This document shows positions 25,101-37,100 of a stretch of 64,000 bases of DNA, piece by piece. How positions within the stretch are numbered: position 1 is the first letter of the stretch; every line of letters begins with the position of its first letter. Under the pieces are notes generated by a model. That model worked only from the letters and a program-made list of their open reading frames with translations, was not told the DNA's origin and did not search any database. The DNA is from Antedon mediterranea. Lineage: Eukaryota > Animalia > Echinodermata. The translations under genes and the position numbers were made by a program. Location: NCBI RefSeq assembly GCF_964355755.1, contig NC_092678.1, positions 11,530,352 through 11,594,351 on the forward strand, in the 5' to 3' direction.

Positions 25101-28100
25101 TTATTTAACTGGCCATATGATGACGTCACAACATCTAATTGGCAAAATGTTCACATGAATTCGTATCTACAATCCAATAGCTTCCTGAAAATGTTTTAAT
25201 CATGATTATCACGTTTTATTCTGACGAGCTATAACAGATTGAAATTTACTGTAAAGATGAAAATAAGTGACCCAGGTTATCTACATTTTTAGACATCATT
25301 ACGTCATAAAAATTAAAATATTTTTAACTCATGCGAAAGATAGTTGATTGACCTAGAAAATATAAAAATCGGGATGAAAATGAAAAACAGATAAATGGAG
25401 ATGCGCTCTATTAAATGTGATGAGCTATGACGAAAGATACAAAAATCCTATATTTTATATTCGCGTGGCCAAACGATGACGTCACAATGTCCGGTTAGCC
25501 ATATTAAAGCATGAACCGATATCTACAACTCATCAACTTCCAGAATATGTAATAAAAATAACTTTCACCGTTTAGTTTAGAAACTACGACTGTTTAAAAA
25601 AGGGCATGATTTTGACGAATTTTTGAACTTTTTTATCAAAAACATGCGCAAATTGTCCAATTCGACGTGCTCGTATTGACGTAATTTTAAGTCGAAATGG
25701 TTCCATATTTGGTAAAATTACTATAAAAGGCTGGAAAAATATGATTTACGTAAAACATTGACGTATTTCACGCTTTGTGTACACCGCGCGCGCAAAAATT
25801 TGCGCATCCGTGGGAATTTTTGACATGCTTAAAATGACATGAAACGCGTAGAAAGTTGATTAGAAATAAATTTTGAAATTTTAAATGCGCGTGCGCGCGT
25901 AACTTCTTGTAAAACATGCCATTTTTAATCCACAAAAAGTTTGCCCTTGATATGACTTAAATTTTCACAAAGTGTAAAAAAAAAATTATGCTTGGTTTTT
26001 AATCTATGATCAATCATTGAAATTCATAAAATCGCACGTAAGTCATGTTGCGTAACTCTGACGTATTTAAAAAATACATGCTGCACAACTTCATATAAAT
26101 GTTCATATGTTGACAAAGTTATGAAATGTTATGTTAACACATTTTAGAGATACATGAGCCACAAAAAAGTGGAGGAAAGAAAGAAGAAAAACATAGAAAT
26201 TGATCCAGTACAGTTACAAGGAGTTATCCGCTCAATGCGGATAACTAATAAGAATAAGAAGAAGAAGAATAAAGATTTCATACAATAACAATAGGTGATC
26301 ATTTTATTCTAAATGATCACCTAATTATATTTTTATAGAGCAAGTGAAGGCTTTGTATCAAGTGGCTTGTTTTACAGTTTAGAACATGAAGGATCTGTTG
26401 CAGGAATTGCTATTGATATTGTAAAACTAACCGATTCTATGGTAGTACCAGCTGCTAAATCAGCTGATCTTGAAAGGTAAGTACCATACATAGTCTAGTA
26501 TATAATTTACAACATACTTATTTATCATGATACTATACTGACAACCGATAGTGTGTACAATCAACAATAAGACTGGGGAGTGCACAATCACTCACTAGAT
26601 AAGATTCCTTAATTTATATTTGTGCATAATGTACAGTATTAGAATGTACCAGATGTAGAAAAACATCAGGCACAGATGTGTGACTGTTTTATACTATTCT
26701 ACTTTCTAGTCCAGTGTGTGCTGTATGCCTTAATCCATTGTTTCGCCTGTTAAAGTCGTGTGAAGAAGTTCGTAATGGTAACCTGGATGACATTGATGCT
26801 CTCTTAGGCTGCCCTGTCAAAACCATCAACATAGACAATCTACAAAAGCCTGATAAATATTCAGTGAAAGAAAGAAAACATATTTGTGCATATATATTCA
26901 ATACAATAAACTGGTTCAGAGAGGTATGTTTGTTATAATAATCAATCCTAGAACAGAGAAATCTAAAAATTAAATTTGGGCATATCTGTACAATATGTAG
27001 TTTGATATGTGTTTATATAGTAAGGACCTAATTTACGTCATTGAAGTTAATTGGAAATTAAAACCTAATTGGTTAACATGAAATTGGTATTCAGTAGTAT
27101 ATTTATTGTTTTGCAGATGTTGAATGCCTTCTCTAGTCATCCTGATCCTGAGTTAAGACTTAAAGTTATCGAAAGGTTAGAGAATATCATCAGATTACAA
27201 GATGTGCTACAATCTTTCCTGAAATGTGAGTAGCTGTCAACTCATATATATATATATATATAGACATGTTATTATTTTTATTATTTGTCCAATTTTTGCC
27301 TTATTATGACATAATTGTACTTAATACTCTGTACAGTGAATTTTTTGGATGAACCCATGACCCATGACCCATGACCTCCAGATCAATAGCTTGTAGACCA
27401 CAGAGCCTGCAGTGATAGAGTTAGGTTGAAGACCAAGGAAGCAGCAGCAGTTACTGTGCCAACCTGATGATAATGATTGAAGGCCAAGGAAGCAGCAGCA
27501 GCAGTTACTGTGCCAACCTGATGATAATGATTGAAGGCCAAGAAGCAGCAGCAGTTACTGTGCCAACCTGATGATAATAATTGAAGGCCAAGAAGCAGCA
27601 GCAGTTACTGTGCCAACCTGATGATAATAATTGAAGGCCAAGAAGCAGCAGCAGTTACTGTGCCAACCTGATGATAATAATTGAAGGCCAAGAAGCAGCA
27701 GCAGTTACTGTGCCAACCTGATGATAATGATTGAAGGCCAAGAAGCAGCAGCAGTTACTGTGCCAACCTGATGATAATGATTGAAGGCCAAGGAAGCAGC
27801 AGCAGTTACTGTGCCAACCTGATGATAATGATTGAAGGCCAAGGAAGCAGCAGCAGTTACTGTGCCAACCTGATGATAATGATTGAAGGCCAAGGAAGCA
27901 GCAGCAGTTACTGTGTCAACCTGATGATAATGATTGAAGGCCAAGGAAGCAGCAGCAGTTACTGTGCCAACCTGATGATAATGATTGAAGGCCAAGGAAG
28001 CAGCAGCAGTTACTGTGTCAACCTGATGATAATGATTGAAGGCCAAGGAAGCAGCAGCAGTTACTGTGCCAACCTGATGATAATGATTGAAGGCCAAGGA

Positions 28101-31100
28101 AGCAGCAGCAGTTACTGTGCCAACCTGATGATAATGATTGAAGGCCAAGGAAGCAGCAGCAGTTACTGTGTCAACCTGATGATAATGATTGAAGGCCAAG
28201 GAAGCAGCAGCAGTTACTGTGCCAACCTGATGATAATGATTGAAGGCCAAGGAAGCAGCAGCAGTTACTGTGCCAACCTGATGGTAATGATTGAAGGCCA
28301 AGAAAGCAGCAGCAGTTACTGTGCCAACCTGATGATAATGATTGAAGGCCAAGGAAGCAGCAGCAGTTACTGTGCCAACCTGATGATAATGATTGAAGGC
28401 CAAGGAAGCAGCAGCAGTTACTGTGCCAACCTGATGGTAATGATTGAAGGCCAAGAAAGCAGCAGCAGTTACTGTGCCAACCTGATGATAATGATTGAAG
28501 GCCAAGGAAGCAGCAGCAGTTACTGTGCCAACCTGATGATAATGATTGAAGGCCAAGAAAGCAGCAGCAGTTACTGTGCCAACCTGATAATAATGATTGA
28601 AGGCCAAGGAAGCAGCAGCAGTTACTGTGCCAACCTGATGATAATAATTGAAGGCCAAGAAGCAGCAGCAGTTACTGTGCCAACCTGATGATAATAATTG
28701 AAGGCCAAGAAGCAGCAGCAGTTACTGTGCCAACCTGATGATAATGATTGAAGGCCAAGAAGCAGCAGCAGTTACTGTGCCAACCTGATGATAATGATTG
28801 AAGGCCAAGGAAGCAGCAGCAGTTACTGTGCCAACCTGATGATAATGATTGAAGGCCAAGGAAGCAGCAGCAGTTACTGTGCCAACCTGATGATAATGAT
28901 TGAAGGCCAAGGAAGCAGCAGCAGTTACTGTGTCAACCTGATGATAATGATTGAAGGCCAAGGAAGCAGCAGCAGTTACTGTGCCAACCTGATGATAATG
29001 ATTGAAGGCCAAGAAGCAGCAGCAGTTACTGTGCCAACCTGATGATAATGATTGAAGGCCAAGAAGCAGCAGCAGTTACTGTGCCAACCTGATAATAATG
29101 ATTGAAAGGCCAAGAAAGCAGCAGCAGTTACTGTGCCAACCTGATAATAATGATTGAAGGCCAAGAAAGCAGCAGCAGTTACTGTGTCAACCTGATAATA
29201 ATGATTGAAGGCCAAGGAAGCAGCAGCAGTTACTGTGTCAACCTGATGATAAAGATTGAAGGCCAAGGAAGCAGCAGCAGTTACTGTGCCAACTTGATGA
29301 TAATGATTGAAAGGCCAAGAAAGCAGCAGCAGTTACTGTGCCAACCTGATGATAATGATTGAAAGGCCAAGAAAGCAGCAGCAGTTATTGTGCCAACCTG
29401 ATGATAAAGATCGAAGGCCAAGGAAGCAGCAGCAGTTACTGTGTCAACCTGATGATAATGATTGAAGGCCAAAGAAGCAGCAACAGTTACTGTGCCAACC
29501 TGATGATAAAGATTGAAGGCCAAGGAAGCAGCAGCAGTTACTGTGCCAACCTGATGGTAATGATTGAAGGCCAAGAAAGCAGCAGCAGTTACTGTGCCAA
29601 CCTGATGATAATGATTGAAGGCCAAGAAAGCAGCAGCAGTTACTGTGCCAACCTGATGATAATGATTGAAGGCCAAGAAGCAGCAGCAGTTACTGTGCCA
29701 ACCTGATGATAATGATTGAAAGGCCAAGAAAGCAGCAGCAGTTACTGTGCCAACCTGATGATAATGATTGAAGGCCAAGAAGCAGCAGCAGTTACTGTGC
29801 CAACCTGATGATAATGATTGAAGGCCAAGAAGCAGCAGCAGTTACTGTGCCAACCTGATGATAATGATTGAAGGCCAAGAAGCAGCAGCAGTTACTGTGC
29901 CAACCTGATAATAATGATTGAAAGGCCAAGAAAGCAGCAGCAGTTACTGTGCCAACCTGATAATAATGATTGAAAGCCAAGAAAGCAGCAGCAGTTACTG
30001 TGTCAACCTGATAATAATGATTGAAGGCCAAGGAAGCAGCAGCAGTTACTGTGCCAACCTGATGATAAAGATTGAAGGCCAAGGAAGCAGCAGCAGTTAC
30101 TGTGCCAACTTGATGATAATGATTGAAAGGCCAAGAAAGCAGCAGCAGTTACTGTGCCAACCTGATGATAATGATTGAAAGGCCAAGAAAGCAGCAGCAG
30201 TTATTGTGCCAACCTGATGATAAAGATCGAAGGCCAAGGAAGCAGCAGCAGTTACTGTGTCAACCTGATGATAATGATTGAAGGCCAAAGAAGCAGCAAC
30301 AGTTACTGTGCCAACCTGATGATAAAGATTGAAGGCCAAGGAAGCAGCAGCAGTTACTGTGCCAACCTGATGATAATGATTGAAGGCCAAGGAAGCAGCA
30401 GCAGTTACTGTGTCAACCTGATGATAATGATTGAAGGCCAAGGAAGCAGCAGCAGTTACTGTGTCAACCTGATAATAATGATTGAAGGCCAAGGAAGCAG
30501 CAGCAGTTACTGTGTCAACCTGATGATAATGATTGAAGGCCAAGGAAGCAGCAGCAGTTACTGTGCCAACCTGATGGTAATGATTGAAGGCCAAGAAAGC
30601 AGCAGCAGTTACTGTGCCAACCTGATGATAATGATTGAAGGCCAAGGAAGCAGCAGCAACAGTTACTGTGCCAACCTGATGATAATGATTGAAGGCCAAG
30701 AAAGCAGCAACAGTTACTGTGTCAACCTGATGATAATGATTGAAGGCCAAGGAAGCAGCAGCAGTTACATACTGTTCCAACCTGATGATAATGATTTTTA
30801 ACATAGTGGTGTGATGAATTGTTTTCGTTAAATTTGGTTTTTATGGCATTGGGAAAATGGCAATCTACATTTATTCCTCTTGGCCAAAAGGAGTTTTCCA
30901 TAGCTTTGTTGATAAATGTTTAATCAAATATGTATAAGTATGAGAAAAACTATTTTTAAATTTTATTTTTTTAATGTTTCATTATTTTAGTTTCACCAGA
31001 ACTCAAGCCTCCTGCTTCAGAAAAGAATTTAGAGTTTTTATCAACAGTCAAAGAAGTTTGCATTAAAGTGAAGGCTAAACCATTGTATGTTAAAATGTTA

Positions 31101-34100
31101 TATGTAAAAATGATAAGCATTAAACGATTTTCCCCTGCTGGTCATTGTATGTCTGTCTGTCTATTTCTAATGTCTGTCTCTCTATTTCTAATGTCTGTCT
31201 GTCTATTTCTAATGTCTGTCTCTCTATTTCTAATGTCTGTCTCTCTATTTCTAATGTCTGTCTCTCTATTTCTAATGTCTGTCTCTCTATTTCTAATGTC
31301 TGTCTCTCTATTTCTAATGTCTGTCTCTCTATTTCTAATGTCTGTCTCTCTATTTCTAATGTCGGTCTCTCTATTTCTAATGTCTGTCTCTCTATTTCTA
31401 ATGTCTGTCTCTCTATTTCTAATGTCTGTCTATCTATTTCTAATGTCTGTCTCTCTATTTCTAATGTCTGTCTCTCTATTTCTAATGTCTGTCTCTCTAT
31501 TTCTAATGTCTGTCTGTCTATTTCTAATGTCTGTCTCTCTATTTCTAATGTCTGTCTCTCTATTTCTAATGTCTGTCTCTCTATTTCTAATGTCTGTCTC
31601 TCTATTTCTAATGTCTGTCTCTCTATTTCTAATGTCTGTCTCTCTATTTCTAATGTCTGTCTCTCTATTTCTAATGTCTGTCTCTCTATTTCTAATGTCT
31701 GTCTCTCTATTTCTAATGTCTGTCTCTCTATTTCTAATGTCTGTCTCTCTATTTCTAATGTCTGTCTCTCTATTTCTAATGTCTGTCTCTCTATTTCTAA
31801 TGTCTGTCTCTCTATTTCTAATTCTTAAAGTATATTCAATTTGATATTTTTAATTAGTAATTTCAAGAGCAAAATTGGATATTTGCTGCAGTTTTAATGT
31901 GCTACTGAACTATGATAATCATAACATAATTTGAACCATAACGCCTAAAGAAAAGTGTTTGAATTACCAATTATTTTCAGGTTCAAACAAATAACAGTTT
32001 TTATTTATATATTATATTTAATTTTGTTATTTTAGGAGTTTCCAAAAGCAACAAAAAAGCAACAGTCAATTGAAGAAAGATTCGTCCGTTACACAGTGTG
32101 ATGAATCAATTAGTCAAAGAGAAGAAGAAAAGAAAACATCCAAGAATATGTTGACCACTAATTTGCTGGATCATTTCAAGGTCTACTACAGAGACCTTGA
32201 TATTACAGTATTCTCAGTATTTTCGTGGGCACCAATTTCAAATAGTTTTGGGGAAAATTCAAAAGAAGCAAAGGTATATTTTATTTTCCCATTTTATTCT
32301 AACTTTTGAATTAATACATAGTTTGTAATTGTAGATGTTGCGTCAGGGAGTTGAGTAATTAGATGTTTTGCCCTACTCTGACGTAATTTGTACTTTATAC
32401 TAAGTACATTTCAGAATACTTGCGAAAAATTCGCAAGTAGTTCTCGGGTGGGACTCAAACCCACGACCTCCAGATCACTAGCTGTTAAAAAAGTATCAGC
32501 ATCTTATTTGTAAAATAATTCTCTGTACATTTCTGATTGATTTATATATTGGATAAATTGGTGATGACATCATGAAGGCATACATTTTTATCTCCAGTTA
32601 AGGGCCAAAATATAAAATAGGAGCCCTCTGGCGATTTCTGCATGCTTACGCCATATTTTATTTCACTTAGTTTCTGTACACATAGTTTTTTAACGTTCCA
32701 TATTTTTTGGAAAGCAAATCAATTATTCATATCATCAATCTTTATTTCAATTAAAAATATTATTGTTAAATGTTAGCAGGACGATGCACTAGAGGCCAAG
32801 GTATCAGCAGAACAAGTGGCATTTCTATTGAATGACCTTTACTACAAAGTTAATGAATCACTGAAACCGAAACAAAAGCTAATCAACTTGTCTAAGGTAA
32901 AACAAAAGCTAATCAACTTGTCTAAGGTAAAACAAAAGCTAATCAACTTGTCTAAGGTAAAATAGGATAATAATATGTGCTTTATATTCCTCTTAATTAA
33001 TTGAAATTCAGTTATTAGGGTTTTACAAGGTATGATGAAAATGTATGAAAATATCATAGCTCTCATTATTTATTATAACACCTGATTGAATTTTGCCAAT
33101 TTGATTGGTTAATTACGTGTCATTTTGAATTAGCAATACCTGACGAAAAAGTGATATCTAATGGTGATAATTAACACGCCCTAATGCAGGGGGTTTTTTT
33201 TTTAAAACATTTTAAGAATTTTTGTTACCATGTGTCCAAAGTTGAGCACTACCTTTTTGGCCCAGCTTCCTGCACTAGATTTACGATGAATAAATTGAAT
33301 AAAAGTTGTTATACATGTTGGTAGTAGACATCAGGTTAAATAGCCAAAAACATTTTTTTGAAAAAAAAGTCTTTAGTTAGCTATTTTTGTCAAGAAAAAG
33401 ACTAGCCCCACTTTAAATAGGAGAGTTTCCAAAATGTTCAATTCTTTTCTAGGATGCCATCTACAACTAAATCCAGAAGAGGATCAGTTGCAACTCAGAA
33501 CGCTGAGGACTGTGATCGGTATCACAGAAATATTTTTCCAAAATAGTGCTGTTGACTAGGTTAACCTTATCCTGATAAATTAATACATTTTTTTCATAGA
33601 ATTTGCACAACCAGAATAGCCATACACATATACCATTTGTAAGTGAAAATTGCATGGTAGATCGGGTTCTTGACCTAACTTCTGTGCTATGTCTTCACTT
33701 AGAAAATGCAAGTGCATTTTATCAGGTAAATTGTTGTTTTATTTAAAGGAGGGTTAATGGAATTATATTTGTTACATTTTTTAAAATAATATATTACTTA
33801 TTATGAAATTTCCAAAGTTATTTTTTAAATTTTTTTATGTGATTTAAAGACACATTTCCTTCATTTTCAATCTATTAAGGTCACAAACTACATTTTTTTG
33901 TAAAAATAAATACTATTGCACTTTTGGTGCAATAGAATCGACCATAACATTTTTTAGAATGGAAGAACTGTCAACTTTTCAGAGAGAATGGATTCTGCTA
34001 AAAAATAGAAAAGACAATTAACTTGGACACAAAGCAAGGCTTGGCCTTCGCGGCCTATCTATGCCTAGGGTATGCTTTTACGTTGCCGCTATTATCAGGC

Positions 34101-37100
34101 TACGAGTAGAGCCTACAAACTAGCCTGGGTTTGTCTAGGTAGAGAATGAGGCAAACTACATTCAGGGGTATAATATTTTCCCTTTTATCATAACTAACCA
34201 TTGACGTACATTTAAGACGATTGTAAAAAATATTGTTGTTTTTGCATTTGTTTTTTCAAAAATAATAAAAAGAATGTTTTATTCTTATTTGAATTTACAG
34301 GCATTGGCATCTGATGAAGAGGATTTGGATGATTCTTATCTGCCATCGTCTAACAGCGATCACATGGAAGCTTGTTACAGTCTAGTTCTGCAAGTGCTAA
34401 TTGCTGTGACTTCTTGGTTTGTACATATACTGTAATAGTCATTTACTCAAATGTCACTTTCCCTAATAATAATAAATACTAGGTCTTCACCAATTTGTAT
34501 TACTGGATTCCAAAAAAATAGCAAAGAGACACGACATGTTGATCCTCTAGCTAGCGCACGATGTTTGTACTTTATCACTGTTTAGCAGCTACTAGGTCTA
34601 AGACCGTTTACGAGAGGACATTCGACGCAAGCGACTTAGGTAGTACATTGTTTTCTGAGAAACAATGTTTAAAGTATTAATTTGTGTAAAAACTATTAAT
34701 TGATTTGATCTCTTTTATTGCACCTGGTAATGCATTCCCGATACTATTACTATTAAGAAAATAATGTAGATGTCTGAACAACTATTTGATTTCTACAAGT
34801 CTATAAATAATTATTTATTTTAGGTCTGGTTTTTCAAATGATGCAAATGAAGAATTACTGGAGAGTTTCTTTGTCCATATTTATAACCGTGTTCATACTA
34901 CAAGTGAAGTAAAGGTGACAAGAGAGCAGCTGCTCAGGTAATACAGTTTGGTACCAAGCAATATTCAGATGACTGCCTACTTGTACTTTTCTGCTAGCTA
35001 ATTAATGCACATACAGTATACTTTTTTCTTAATGATAATACCTTAGTACAGTAGTTTAAAAAAAACAGTTAATGTATATTAATAATTAGAATAACCTTTT
35101 CTCTATAGAGAGTCATTTGTGTACCTGGAAAACTTTTCAAATTCTGTACCCAACTTGAACTGTGCTGTATTACTTGTGAAACTACTTATTTCCATTGAGA
35201 ACAAAGCTAACCTTGCTGACCTCCGTACTAAATTAGGTGAATAGTTTTCTATATTTCTAATTTGTTTGACTATGGAGAAATAACTTATTATTTCTCCATC
35301 GTGTGACTAAAACATCATTTTTATATTTAATGGTAGACTTTTTAGTCCTCTTTGTTAAACTATTCCCTAAATTTCTATTCATAAAAGAATAAGTCAATGT
35401 TTTCATATTTTAAAAATTCAATAATCTTTATGAAGCAAACAAACTTAATTCGGTCTATCAACTGACATAACATTTATTTCTCAAAAATACATTATTATAC
35501 AGTAACAACAATAGGTGTATGTAATAGTGCAAAGCCAGAAAATCAATGCATGTGGAAGTATGCCTAAGAAACAAATAACAAAAATGGTATAGATAAGAAA
35601 GAAATATGGTACACAAATTGGAAAGAAAACAAATTAAAAAAATATATTTGAACTTGACGTCACTGTCGCTCTATTATAATTTCAATTAAGAGTAGTTTAT
35701 GAATTTTTTAAAGGTAATCTGGGCAAGAAATTTCTTCAAAAGAAGTGGAGTATAGTTGACTGTGAAATGATGTCCAAACGCAGTGAATTGATTCAACAAC
35801 TATTAAGGTATATTAATGTTTAAGGTATATTAATGTTTAAGGTATATTAATGTTTAAGGTATATTAATGTTTAAAGTGTTATTATATCAGTTAATATTCT
35901 ATTTAGATATTTTTCAAGCGGGGAGCACTAACAATTAAATATGTACTTGTTCAGAAAGTTCAAAATAACAGTGATCCACCGGCTAAAATTAAGTTGAAAT
36001 TGCAGTTTCTGGATCTTCTTAAAAGAAATAACCTGTTTTTTGGGGGAGTTTTTTTTTTCAGAAATTTAGGCTTTGACTTAATATATTATTATTTTTTGTA
36101 ATTGTTGATGTGTACTCCAGAAAATACCCAGGTCTGTCAAAAAATAGATTACAAAAAAAATGAGTTCATCATTTTATCTTAACTATTAAAGGGGGAGGGG
36201 TAGTGTGTCCCTTGATCCGCCTCTCGTGTGTCACAGTTTTAAACATGAATTTTATAATTAAAGGGGGAGGGGTAGTGTGTCCCTTGATGCGCCTCTCGTG
36301 TGTCCCAGTTTTAAACATGAATTTTATAATTAAAGGGGGAGGGGTGGTGTGTCCCTTGATGCGCCTCTCGTGTGTCACAGTTTTAAACATGAATTTTATA
36401 ATTAAAGCGGGAAGGGTAGTGTGTCCCTTGATGCGCCTCTCGTGTGTCACAGTTTTAAACATGAATTTTATAATTGGTAATCCATTTGCAGAACATATGT
36501 GACATATTCAGATGACAGATTTGATTGCTTATCAACAATAACATCAACAGGAATGACGGAGCTTATTGAGAGTGAAGGAAGACAGGCTTCTCAGACATAC
36601 CCACTGCTTACAAAGTATAGTGCACTATTTTACTTTTTAGAGACTCTAAAATCTATTGCAGTAGGCTAACAGCTTTTAAAATAATATAAAACAAATATTG
36701 TAAATACCGTTAGTTGCAAGAGGTTATTTTGTTTCTGGGGAATGCAATGTCAGGTTTGTTTATAGCATGTCAGTAAAAGAAAATATATTTTGAGAACAAT
36801 TTATAAAGCCATTTTCATATTTCTTTTTAGGCAATCATTTGGTTGTTTCTTCCGAAACATACTTTGTGAGCTTGTGCAGGGAGTAAAGCAGATTAGCTCA
36901 ACTAAAGATGGCACAAATGATAATGCAGTGTGTCAGTGGAACGCAGCAATCAAGGTATTGCAAATGCTCACTAAACTTATCAAGATGTTCACTGCAAAAT
37001 CAAATATATCGGCATTATTGAAGGTGTGTATGCTATAGTAGTTAACGCGCCTTCAGCACTCTTGAGTGGTATGTGCGCTATATAAATCCATATTATTATG

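Noticed and set aside
27426-30796. CTGATGA...GAA(A) in each unit as a tandem hammerhead (retrozyme-like) array
   Set aside because: The 8 nt between CTGATGA and GAA cannot form stem II, most units lack GAAA, and I see no stems I/III
27705-30804. Repetitive ORFs on both strands ([17 protein letters not shown] / [17 protein letters not shown])
   Set aside because: 51-bp minisatellite with frequent 1-bp frameshifting variants; flanking FANCD2 exons join in phase without it
31068-31844. 258 aa and 227 aa ORFs
   Set aside because: Translations of a 21-bp repeat
22265-32485. tRNA-like minus-strand B-box fragments at ~22270, ~27350 and ~32445
   Set aside because: Short degraded SINE heads; no complete cloverleaf
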